Shown here: piece by piece, positions 37,033 through 45,217 of the stretch | Layout: every line of letters begins with the position of its first letter | Numbering within the stretch: the stretch's first letter is position 1 | Origin: a virus | Taxonomy: Duplodnaviria > Caudoviricetes | Length of the DNA: 58,220 bases | IMG/VR virus record: IMGVR_UViG_3300042465_002836 | Coordinates: 1 to 58,220 of that record | Strand: one strand, 5' to 3' | Program-made: the position numbers and the translations under genes | The notes under the pieces: generated by a model | What the model was told of the DNA's origin: nothing | The model's database searches: none | The model's input: only the letters and a program-made list of their open reading frames with translations

Positions 37033-37329
37033 ATGAACGTCACCCAGGCCATCGCCCACGCCCGCTCTGTGATCAGCGTCCACGGCACCCACACCAACTG
37101 GATCGTCATCGGCCCCTATGCCGGTATTGACGGACCCTACACTGAGGCTCGCCGCTCCAGCTACGCTGCGGCCAGCCGCCTCGCTGCCGACTGGAAATAC
37201 CAGATTGCCCTGATGGCCTTGGGGTGTTCCAGTGACGATGCCTTCTTCGCGTCAGAGGATCGGTTTGGCCCGTGGGAGCCTCTGGTTCGCCGCTACGCCA
37301 AGGAGAAGCGTGTTGCTTCAATGGCTTAG
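37033..37329 (+). CDS. Small hypothetical early protein
   Basis: 98 aa, ggag RBS. Confidence 0.6.
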   Translation: MNVTQAIAHARSVISVHGTHTNWIVIGPYAGIDGPYTEARRSSYAAASRLAADWKYQIALMALGCSSDDAFFASEDRFGPWEPLVRRYAKEKRVASMA

Positions 37330-37357
37330 TGTGATACCATCAGGCAGGAGATATGAT

Positions 37358-37894
37358 ATGCCCCCTCCCAAGCGAAAGCCGGATGCCAGTAACCGCCTCG
37401 GGGTGCCGAAGGACAAGCTGGCCGCGCCCATAAAGCGGCTTGTTGGTCGCCCGACTAAGTACGACCCCATGTACTGCGACGAGGTCGTGGATCTGGGCGC
37501 CCAGGGCTATGGCCCCACCGCTATCGCCCATCAGCTTGGCGTCCTGCGCGAGAACTTGATTCAGTGGACTGAAAAGCACCCGGAGTTCGCCCGGGCAATG
37601 AAGCTAGCCCGTCAGGCTGAACAGTTCTGGTGGGAAGAGGCTGGCCGGTCTGGCCTCTATCTGGAGCGGTTCAATGCGGCGGTCTGGCGAACCTCGATGC
37701 AGGCTAGGTTCCGCGAGGAATACACTGAACGCAAGGTCACCGAATTGGTCGGCGAGGGTGGTGGCCCCGTCCAGATCCAGCCTATCCGTCTAGCCGTTGA
37801 GGAAATGAGCGTGGAAGCTCGGCAAGCCCTTCGGGAAGCCCTGATCAAAGCCCGCTCGGCGCCCATGATTGAACATGATGAGGATGAGCCATGA
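37358..37894 (+). CDS. terS: Terminase small subunit
   Basis: GRPTKYDP.YC, IA..LGV, W..KHPEF, WWE..GR, ELVG.GGGPVQ. Confidence 0.8.
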   Translation: MPPPKRKPDASNRLGVPKDKLAAPIKRLVGRPTKYDPMYCDEVVDLGAQGYGPTAIAHQLGVLRENLIQWTEKHPEFARAMKLARQAEQFWWEEAGRSGLYLERFNAAVWRTSMQARFREEYTERKVTELVGEGGGPVQIQPIRLAVEEMSVEARQALREALIKARSAPMIEHDEDEP

Positions 37895-39477
37895 GAGGAG
37901 CAACGTTATGCTCTGGGATCGGAGCGCCTGAGTGCGCCGCCCCGGACATCGACTGGATCTGGTCGAGCGACATTGAGGCATTCCCGAACGCCGTCCGGGC
38001 TGTCCGATACCCTGATAGCATTAACCTGGGCGATATGACCGCCGAGGACTTCGTTGAGCGGGCGGCTGCTGTTGGCCTGCCTGACGTGCTGGTCGCCGGG
38101 ACACCGTGCCAGGCTTTCTCCATTGCCGGTCTGCGCCAGTCGCTGTTGGATGACCGCGGCAACCTGACCCTCTTATTCATACGGATATGTGATGCAATTG
38201 ACGATTTACGACGCGCTGCTGGCCTCGACCCACTCTGGATCGTCTGGGAAAACGTCCCCGGCGTCCTCAGTGTCAGCGACAACGCCTTCGGCGCCCTCTT
38301 GGCGGGACTGGGCGGACACGATGCCCCCATCCCACCGGCTGGAGGGCGTCGATGGCCTAACGCTGGTGTGGTTACTGGGCCAAGACGAGGGGTCGCCTGG
38401 CGCACTCTGGACGCCCAGCACTTCGGATTGGCGCAACGACGGCGGCGGGTCTTCTTGCTCGCTCGGGGAGGTGCTGGAAACCTCGACGGTGCCGACGCGC
38501 TACTACCTATCATCGACAGCCTGCAGCGGCATCCTGCGCCGAGCCGCAAAACGGGGCAAGAAGTTGCCGGAACCCTTAGCAGCCGCGCTTCAGGCGGGGG
38601 CGGCGGCCCAGGAGCAGGAACAGATGAGGCCTGCGCCGGATACCTCCAAGCCATAGCGCCTACTTTGGATGCAAGTATGCACCGCAAGTACGGCTCCAAT
38701 CAGTGGGTGGACAACGGCTTCGCGGTCATGTCCTCGGGGCAAGCCAATGCCGGAATGTATACGGATGGCACTACGCCGTCCCTGACGTGTCTGCATGAGG
38801 CCCCGATAGTCACCCACGCCCTGACCACGCGGTGTAGCACTGTGTCTGAAGACGGGACTGGTCGAGGCTCGCCATTGGTGGCCACGCCTTTGCATGATCC
38901 ATCCCCCACCCTTGATGCGTCCTATCACAAAGGCGCTGGAGAGCGGAATGGGATTGAGCGGCAAATAGTCACCGTGGCGTTCACCCAAAATACCCGGGAC
39001 GAGGTCCGCTTGATCAACGGCGATGGTCAGATCGCTGGCGCTCTGGCAGCACAGCCGGGGATGAAGCAGACCACCTATGTCTCTGAAACAGCCCGCAGCC
39101 TAACCGCTCGTCATGACGGAAGCCCTTGCGATGACCGGGGGCCGAACATCGTTGCCACGCCCATTGCCTTTCAGTCATCTCAGTCGGGCGTCAGGGCTGG
39201 CGAACTCCACGCAACGCTGGACTCAAACAACGGCAGCCGCCGCCATAATGGCGTCATCTCACAATCAACGGTCCGCCGCCTGACCCCGCGGGAGTGCGAG
39301 CGCCTACAAGGCTTCCCAGACGATTGGACGTTGATTGAATTGCCACTAAAATCTCGACAGACGAGAGTGCGCTGGGCCGCTGATGCCCCCAGGTACAAGG
39401 CCCTGGGTAATTCAATGGCGGTGCCGGTGATGAAATACATTCTCGACCGGATCAAGCTGGTCAATGAAAGGACATGA
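37891..39477 (+). CDS. DNA cytosine-5 methyltransferase
   Basis: CSGIG, GTPCQAFS.AG.R, WENVPG, LDAQ.FG.AQRRRRVF, RRLTPRECERLQGFPD, YKALGNSMAV. Confidence 0.93.
   Translation: MRGATLCSGIGAPECAAPDIDWIWSSDIEAFPNAVRAVRYPDSINLGDMTAEDFVERAAAVGLPDVLVAGTPCQAFSIAGLRQSLLDDRGNLTLLFIRICDAIDDLRRAAGLDPLWIVWENVPGVLSVSDNAFGALLAGLGGHDAPIPPAGGRRWPNAGVVTGPRRGVAWRTLDAQHFGLAQRRRRVFLLARGGAGNLDGADALLPIIDSLQRHPAPSRKTGQEVAGTLSSRASGGGGGPGAGTDEACAGYLQAIAPTLDASMHRKYGSNQWVDNGFAVMSSGQANAGMYTDGTTPSLTCLHEAPIVTHALTTRCSTVSEDGTGRGSPLVATPLHDPSPTLDASYHKGAGERNGIERQIVTVAFTQNTRDEVRLINGDGQIAGALAAQPGMKQTTYVSETARSLTARHDGSPCDDRGPNIVATPIAFQSSQSGVRAGELHATLDSNNGSRRHNGVISQSTVRRLTPRECERLQGFPDDWTLIELPLKSRQTRVRWAADAPRYKALGNSMAVPVMKYILDRIKLVNERT
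38192..38656 (+). CDS. Out-of-frame nested protein within the MTase gene (EcoHK31I beta-subunit-like)
   Basis: SL.EVLET..VP.RYYLS..AC.GILRRA.KRGK.LP..L..AL. Confidence 0.6.
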   Translation: MQLTIYDALLASTHSGSSGKTSPASSVSATTPSAPSWRDWADTMPPSHRLEGVDGLTLVWLLGQDEGSPGALWTPSTSDWRNDGGGSSCSLGEVLETSTVPTRYYLSSTACSGILRRAAKRGKKLPEPLAAALQAGAAAQEQEQMRPAPDTSKP

Positions 39478-39748
39478 CATGATGGACGCGACCATGACTG
39501 ATTTAGCGTTTGACGTTCTGATCAGCCGTATGATGAACCTCGCCAAGACCGGGACCATCTATGACCATAATGCCCAGGCCGCCAAAGAAATCGGGGAGGG
39601 CCTCGACGCCTTGGGTGGTTTGGAAGCTATGCAGACGGCCTATTATGTTTTCCGGGGCGCATGGCCTCGCCCGTTAGAAGATAGCCCGACCTTCCACCCT
39701 GCAGACTGGTTCGCCGCATGGGATGGCATCGGGGATTGGAGGATCTGA
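39464..39748 (+). CDS. Hypothetical protein
   Basis: EIGE.L...GG.EAMQ...WDGIGDW pattern. Confidence 0.6.
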   Translation: MKGHDMMDATMTDLAFDVLISRMMNLAKTGTIYDHNAQAAKEIGEGLDALGGLEAMQTAYYVFRGAWPRPLEDSPTFHPADWFAAWDGIGDWRI

Positions 39749-39836
39749 TGGACCATATGGCCGCTTACATCACGATGGGCATCATTGCCGTCCCGACCAT
39801 CATCATCCTTGTCCTCGTCGCCGATGGGTGGGATGG

Positions 39837-41513
39837 ATGGCGCTGATCACCCTGGACGGCGCCCTGCTGGACAGTGAGCAGACACTGCGAGACATCGACC
39901 GCGCAGACTGCGAGGAGGATCTGTACACCTTCCTGCAGTACGCCTGGCGCTGGATGGACCCGGCCCCCTTCACTCCAGGGTGGTGCATCGAGGCTCTGGC
40001 AGAACACCTGCAAGCTGTAACTGACGGACAAATACGCCGTTTGGTTGTTAACATCCCGCCCCGGTGCAGCAAGTCCTCAGTGACCTCAGTAGCCTGGCCC
40101 GCATGGACATGGGCGCAGGGATACAAGTCCCCGACCAGCGGCCCCGGCGTCCAATTTCTTACAGCGTCATACGCTGGGCAGCTAAGTTTGAGGGATAACG
40201 TCAAGTCCAGGCGCCTGATTGAGAGCCCGTGGTATCAGAGCCTCTGGGGGGACAGGTTCAGTCTGACCAGCGACCAGAACACCAAGGGTCGATACGATAA
40301 CGACCAGGGCGGGGTCAGGCTGGCGACCTCAGTAGGGTCAGCCGTGACGGGCGAAGGCGCGTCAGTCATTCTCATCGATGACCCGAACGGCGCACAGGAC
40401 GCAGTCTCAGAGGCCGTGATCGAGAGCACCTTGGAGTGGTGGACCAGCGCAATGAGCACGCGCCTCAACGACCCTAAGACGGGAGCGTATGTGGTCATCC
40501 AGCAGCGCCTCGCCGAGCAGGATCTGTCCGGGTATCTGCTGGACAAGCAGGGCCAGGATTATGTCCACCTATGCCTGCCGATGCGCTATGAGCGGGACCG
40601 CAGCTTCTCGACCCTGATCGGCTGGAAAGATCCCCGCACTGAAGAGGGCGAGCTTCTGTGGCCGGAACGCTTCGGCGAGGCCGAGGTTAAGTCCCTGGAG
40701 AGTGAACTAGGGCCATGGGCCGCAGCAGGGCAGCTACAGCAGCGCCCGTCCCCAAAGGGCGGTGGCGTGATCCAGCGCCAGTGGTGGCAGCCGTGGGATG
40801 ACGTGGCCTATCCGCCCATGGAGTTCATCATCGCCAGCCTCGACACGGCTTATACGACCAAGACCAACAACGACTTCAGCGCCCTGACGATCTGGGGCGT
40901 GTTCAGCGGAGCCAAGGCCATTCCGGCGACCAGGTTCGTGCGGCACGACGGCGGCTCAGTGGACTATGAGGAAAGCCAGGGCCGGTTTGATGCTGCCTCC
41001 CAAGCGCACTTCCCGACTGCTCGCATGGGCGGCGGCGATCTGCCCAGGGTGATGCTGATGGACGCCTGGCAGGAGCGGCTCGAGCTTCATGAACTGGTTG
41101 AGAGGGTCTCGGTCACCTGTCGCAAAATGAAGGTTGACCGGCTGCTCATTGAGAATAAGGCCGCGGGGCATTCAGTGGCCCAAGAGATCCGCCGCCTGTA
41201 CGGGCATGAGGACTGGGCCGTGCAGCTAATCGACCCCGGCAGCCAAGACAAGCTCGCCAGGCTCTACAGCATCCAGCACCTCTTCGCCGAGGGCATGATA
41301 CATGCTCCAGATCGGAGGTTTGCTGATCAGGTAATCACCCAGGTGGAGGCATTTCCCAAGGGCAAGCACGACGATCTGGTCGATACTGTCTCCATGGCCC
41401 TGCGTCATATGCGTGACTTGGGCCTGTTAGTACGCGCGCCGGAATGGGCGAGCGAAGTCCATGACTCAATGAAACATAAGGGCAGTGCCCCGGCGCCGCT
41501 CTACCCGACATGA
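39837..41513 (+). CDS. terL: Terminase large subunit
   Basis: VNIPPR.SKS (Walker A), ILIDDP (Walker B), IQQR, QQRP.P, SLDTA, IENKA.G, FPKGKHDDLVD. Confidence 0.93.
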   Translation: MALITLDGALLDSEQTLRDIDRADCEEDLYTFLQYAWRWMDPAPFTPGWCIEALAEHLQAVTDGQIRRLVVNIPPRCSKSSVTSVAWPAWTWAQGYKSPTSGPGVQFLTASYAGQLSLRDNVKSRRLIESPWYQSLWGDRFSLTSDQNTKGRYDNDQGGVRLATSVGSAVTGEGASVILIDDPNGAQDAVSEAVIESTLEWWTSAMSTRLNDPKTGAYVVIQQRLAEQDLSGYLLDKQGQDYVHLCLPMRYERDRSFSTLIGWKDPRTEEGELLWPERFGEAEVKSLESELGPWAAAGQLQQRPSPKGGGVIQRQWWQPWDDVAYPPMEFIIASLDTAYTTKTNNDFSALTIWGVFSGAKAIPATRFVRHDGGSVDYEESQGRFDAASQAHFPTARMGGGDLPRVMLMDAWQERLELHELVERVSVTCRKMKVDRLLIENKAAGHSVAQEIRRLYGHEDWAVQLIDPGSQDKLARLYSIQHLFAEGMIHAPDRRFADQVITQVEAFPKGKHDDLVDTVSMALRHMRDLGLLVRAPEWASEVHDSMKHKGSAPAPLYPT

Positions 41514-41523
41514 AAGATATGAC

Positions 41524-41967
41524 ATGGTCGTGCCGTACCCCGAACCAACCGACAAGTGGGACCAGAGATTCCTGGCCCTCGCCCAGCACTTCGCCGCTTG
41601 GTCCAAAGACCCCTCAACCAAGGTCGGGGCCGTCATCGTGGACAAGCGCCGCCGCATCCTAAGCTCTGGCTACAACGGCTTCCCGGCGGGCATCCCCGAT
41701 GTCGCCCTGGAGCACCGCGACTATAAGTACCCCCGCATCATCCACGCTGAGACAAACGCCCTGCTGTTCGCCACCGCCCCCCTGGTGGGCGCCACGCTGT
41801 ACGTCTGGCCTATGCCGCCCTGCTCGCACTGCGCCGGATCAATCATCCAGGCCGGCATTGAGCGAGTGGTGTCGCCCCCTGCTGGCGAGCGGTGGGAGGA
41901 AAGCTGCCGCATTGGCCTGGAGATGTTTAATCGAGCCGGCATCCGCGTTGAGGAGATCGAGCTATGA
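41524..41967 (+). CDS. dCMP deaminase
   Basis: WSKDPSTKVGAVIV, GYNGFP, HAE.NA, PC..C. Confidence 0.92.
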   Translation: MVVPYPEPTDKWDQRFLALAQHFAAWSKDPSTKVGAVIVDKRRRILSSGYNGFPAGIPDVALEHRDYKYPRIIHAETNALLFATAPLVGATLYVWPMPPCSHCAGSIIQAGIERVVSPPAGERWEESCRIGLEMFNRAGIRVEEIEL

Positions 41968-42608
41968 TCGTTCACTCGTTCCCCACGCTCGACGATGACC
42001 TGACGGTGGTCAACGCCGCCCGGGCATCGTTCGGCAAGGAGAAGGCCGTCTTCGACGAGGCGGACGCCAAGCTGATCCGCTATCTCGCCAAGCACCAGCA
42101 CATCATGCCGTTCGCCCATCCGCACATCCGGTTTAGGATCAGCGCACCGATCTTTGTGGCCCGCCAGCTTGCCAAGCATCAGGTCGGCGGCGTCTGGTCT
42201 GAGGAGAGCCGCCGGTATGTGGATGATGAGCCGACCGTCCATACGCCTGACCAGTGGCGAGGCAGGGCCGACAACGTGAAGCAGGGGTCTGGCGGGCCGC
42301 TTGATGATGGCGATACATACATCTGCAACCGCGCGTACAACGCGGCAGTGGGCATTGCCACGGAGGCTTATTACACGTTGCTGGAGCATGGCGTTGCCCC
42401 TGAGATGGCCCGGGGCGTGCTGCCGCTGGCATCCATGACAACGTGGATCTGGACTGGAAGCCTGCTGTTCTTCTCCCGGGTCTGCAAGCTGCGCCTCGAC
42501 GCCCACGCCCAGGCGGAAACCCGCGAGGTCGCGGAGAAGATCGCATATGAGTGCGCCAAGGTGTTCCCTGTGTCTTGGGCAGCCCTGATGGCCGCCGGTA
42601 AGGAGTGA
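41964..42608 (+). CDS. thyX: Flavin-dependent thymidylate synthase
   Basis: VVNAARASF, APIFVARQL.KH, E.SRRYV, KQGS, APEMAR.VLP, LRL..HAQ.E. Confidence 0.92.
   Translation: MIVHSFPTLDDDLTVVNAARASFGKEKAVFDEADAKLIRYLAKHQHIMPFAHPHIRFRISAPIFVARQLAKHQVGGVWSEESRRYVDDEPTVHTPDQWRGRADNVKQGSGGPLDDGDTYICNRAYNAAVGIATEAYYTLLEHGVAPEMARGVLPLASMTTWIWTGSLLFFSRVCKLRLDAHAQAETREVAEKIAYECAKVFPVSWAALMAAGKE
42553..42592 (+). repeat. 40-bp direct repeat copy 1 (thyX 3' end)
   Basis: 38/40 identical to 43460-43499. Confidence 0.9.
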
Positions 42609-42611
42609 GTG

Positions 42612-43448
42612 ATGAGCCCGTACCGGATTGAAGGGCCAGCGTTGATTTCATTTAGCGGAGGGCGCACCAGCGGCTATATGCTCAAGCAAATGATAGATGC
42701 GTGGGGCGGCGCGCTGCCTGATGACGTGATCCCCGTCTTTGCAAACACGGGCAAGGAACGGCCTGAGACGCTGGACTTTGTCAGGGACTGTGGTGAGCGG
42801 TGGGGTGTGAAGATTGTCTGGCTGGAGTGGCGTGACGGGCCATCTAAGCAGCGGTTTATTGAGGTTTCGCATGAGGCGGCATCTCGAAACGGCGAGCCGT
42901 TCACCGCCCTCATCGACAAGAAGGGCTACCTTCCTAATCCGGTCACGCGCTTCTGCACGTCAGAACTAAAGATCCGGGTGATGCGCGACTTCGCCATGTC
43001 CCTTGGGTGGACAAATTGGACAAACGTGATCGGCTTAAGGGCTGACGAGCCGCGACGGGTCGCAAAGTCTAGGAATAATAGAGACCGCTGGGACAACGCC
43101 ACCCCGCTTTCCGCTGCTATGGTCACCAAGGCGGATGTCGCAGAGTTCTGGCAAAGTCAGCCCTTTGATCTTGCCCTGGAGAATGTTGGGGGCAAAACGC
43201 CTGCCGGGAATTGCGACCTTTGCTTCCTGAAGGGAGCGGCGACGATCTCTGGCCTGATCGCGCAAGATCCTGCGCTAGCGGACTGGTGGATTGCTACTGA
43301 GGCGGCCAGCCGCGCCAGTCGCGCATCAGGCGGGACTTTCAGGAAAGACCGGCCAAACTACGCTGCGCTCAAGCGGGCTGTCCTCGCCCAGATGCCATTG
43401 GACTTTGGCGACATGGACACGCTTGATGATTGCGCTTGTACTGAATGA
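42612..43448 (+). CDS. PAPS reductase-like (PP-loop, Cys cluster) protein
   Basis: SFSGGRTS, FANTGKE, RFCTSELK, IGLRADE.RR, GNCDLCFLK. Confidence 0.85.
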   Translation: MSPYRIEGPALISFSGGRTSGYMLKQMIDAWGGALPDDVIPVFANTGKERPETLDFVRDCGERWGVKIVWLEWRDGPSKQRFIEVSHEAASRNGEPFTALIDKKGYLPNPVTRFCTSELKIRVMRDFAMSLGWTNWTNVIGLRADEPRRVAKSRNNRDRWDNATPLSAAMVTKADVAEFWQSQPFDLALENVGGKTPAGNCDLCFLKGAATISGLIAQDPALADWWIATEAASRASRASGGTFRKDRPNYAALKRAVLAQMPLDFGDMDTLDDCACTE

Positions 43449-43459
43449 ACCACTGATCC

Positions 43460-43499
43460 GCGCCAAGGTCTTCCCTGTGTCTTGGGAAGCCCTGATGGC
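43460..43499 (+). repeat. 40-bp direct repeat copy 2 (orphan thyX 3' end)
   Basis: Encodes AKVFPVSWEALMAD* versus thyX AKVFPVSWAALMA. Confidence 0.9.
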
Positions 43500-43517
43500 T
43501 GACTAACGGAGGTAGAG

Positions 43518-43778
43518 ATGCAAAGCTCAAAGGTCATAACCACGATCCTGATGATCGTTGTCACCATGCTAGCCATAGTGGTCGGCAGCGTTGTGTTCGT
43601 GATGCTAGTCGCTCTGTTTGATGAGCGCGTCAACAACGACGAGATCTTCAAATTGATCGGCCCAGCATTCAATATGATCGTCGGCGCATTCGTTGGCTTG
43701 TTGGGCGGCATCAGCATCAGCCGTCCCCGCAAAGACCCTGATGGGGGTTCGTCTAATGGTAGTGATAGCGGCCTTTGA
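43518..43778 (+). CDS. Two-TM membrane protein
   Basis: Two hydrophobic helices around VNNDEIFKLIGPAF; ggaggt RBS. Confidence 0.65.
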   Translation: MQSSKVITTILMIVVTMLAIVVGSVVFVMLVALFDERVNNDEIFKLIGPAFNMIVGAFVGLLGGISISRPRKDPDGGSSNGSDSGL

Positions 43779-43816
43779 AGCCGAAGATCGGGGTTCGAGT
43801 CCCTGACCCCCAGCCA
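43742..43816 (+). tRNA. tRNA-Gln(UUG)
   Basis: Acceptor stem TGGGGGT/ACCCCCA, D-loop TGGTA, anticodon loop CT-TTG-AA, T-loop TTCGAGT, encoded CCA. Confidence 0.9.
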
Positions 43817-43845
43817 GCTATAACCCCATATAACCGGGTATAAAT

Positions 43846-44073
43846 ATGCATACTCTACAGCAGTTGAACCCGCCGATACCGATGGAGACGCCCAGGGGCA
43901 AGGCACTGGCGCACATGGTCATTGACTACGGGCCAGAGTTTGACTTGCTCTGGGTGTGCTTTGATGACGCAACGGGAGAGTGCTGGACGTGGGCAAACAG
44001 CCTGATCCGAGCACAGAAGAACATCACGATGGGCAGGCATACCGGCCCCAGAGAGGAGAGCAAACATGGCTGA
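43846..44073 (+). CDS. Small hypothetical protein
   Basis: QLNPPIP..TP.G...A...IDYG.E..L.WV.F....GECW. Confidence 0.7.
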   Translation: MHTLQQLNPPIPMETPRGKALAHMVIDYGPEFDLLWVCFDDATGECWTWANSLIRAQKNITMGRHTGPREESKHG

Positions 44074-44150
44074 TCTTGCCCTGCTGATGATCGGATGTGT
44101 TACAATACTGGCTATCGCCTATATGGCGACAAGCACTGGAAGGAAATGAT

Positions 44151-44387
44151 ATGGACGATACGCTTATCATCTGCACGCTGATCGCCGCCGTGGCCTACAG
44201 CATCAAGGACATGATCCCAAGCCACTACGAGATGTTCCACCGGGCGCGGGCCAAGGACGTGGCGGACATCAGGGACGAGCTTAACCACCTCGACAAGCTG
44301 TTCTCCGAACACAACCTCCGCATCTACGGGCTGGAAGAGAAGGCTGGCATGTACAAGGCAGCAGCAAACGAGGTCCGCCATGACTGA
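44151..44387 (+). CDS. Hypothetical protein with N-terminal hydrophobic segment
   Basis: 78 aa, aagga RBS. Confidence 0.5.
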   Translation: MDDTLIICTLIAAVAYSIKDMIPSHYEMFHRARAKDVADIRDELNHLDKLFSEHNLRIYGLEEKAGMYKAAANEVRHD

Positions 44388-44571
44388 TGCAGAGAAGACC
44401 GCCGAGATCCACCGCAAAATGGCTGAGATCGTCGCCGAGGCCCACCGGCTGGCTGCCGAGAGCGAGGCCATCTTCAGCGAGATGCAGAAGGTTGACCCGG
44501 TCGCCTACCTCGACGCGCTGCGGACGCCTCCTGCCGCCCCGCTGCGCCTGATTCAAGGAGGCAAGCGATGA
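44380..44571 (+). CDS. Hypothetical protein
   Basis: 63 aa, overlapping start/stop codons. Confidence 0.55.
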   Translation: MTDAEKTAEIHRKMAEIVAEAHRLAAESEAIFSEMQKVDPVAYLDALRTPPAAPLRLIQGGKR

Positions 44572-44810
44572 CCGACCACGGCCACTGCCCCGCCTGCAAC
44601 GCCGACATGAACGGCGGCTCCATCTGGCAGACCATGCTGGAACAGAGCAACGGCGATGAGGCCGAGGCCGACCGCAAGGCAGCGATGTACGGGGCGACCC
44701 GTACGTCAGGCCGTTGGGGCAAGGCAATGGCCCTGTATGACGTGCGCTTGGACAGGACCGAGCACTACCTGTGCCCGTACTGCGAACATGTTTGGAAGAG
44801 GAAGGACTGA
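44568..44810 (+). CDS. Zn-ribbon small protein
   Basis: CPAC...CPYC; aaggagg RBS. Confidence 0.65.
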   Translation: MTDHGHCPACNADMNGGSIWQTMLEQSNGDEAEADRKAAMYGATRTSGRWGKAMALYDVRLDRTEHYLCPYCEHVWKRKD

Positions 44811-45121
44811 TGGATGATATCGTGGAGAGGATCAAGGACGCCGCCTGCCCAGCAAACACAGGGTGCATGTCAATCAAGACGTGCGTCTGTGATGTTATGG
44901 GCGAGGCTGCAGATTGCATTGAGGAACTGCGTGAGCAGTTGGATCATGAGAAGTATGTCCTGAAGGAAACGCAGGAAGGCTGGGAACTTCTGCACACACA
45001 GAACAAGCGGCTGAGGGAGCGTATCGCTGAACTGGACGGTTTCATCAAGACCATTGAGGAGCAGATCGTTGCGCTTGAGGAAGACAACCGGAGGCTGAGG
45101 GTGGAGGCTGGATACGACTGA
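44810..45121 (+). CDS. Coiled-coil hypothetical protein
   Basis: DIVERI...EAAD.IE.LR. Confidence 0.55.
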   Translation: MDDIVERIKDAACPANTGCMSIKTCVCDVMGEAADCIEELREQLDHEKYVLKETQEGWELLHTQNKRLRERIAELDGFIKTIEEQIVALEEDNRRLRVEAGYD

Positions 45122-45217
45122 TCGCCAAGAAAAGGGTGTAGACGGGCCTGAATAGACAAGTACATTCCAACAGGAACAAGATGTGGTAATCTTTCGTCAC
45201 CCAGAAGGGGGACCAAG

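Noticed and set aside
43187-43201. Third GGGGCAAAACGCC operator-like copy
   Set aside because: It lies inside a CDS with an imperfect right arm and no flanking promoter boxes; likely chance
30066-43448. DGQHR-like plus PAPS-reductase-like genes as a Dnd phosphorothioation system
   Set aside because: The genes are about 12 kb apart, no DndA/D/E homologues were recognised, and both families occur singly in phages
43742-43816. tRNA as an attP integration site
   Set aside because: It is a complete tRNA with no duplicated 3' end, and no integrase was recognised
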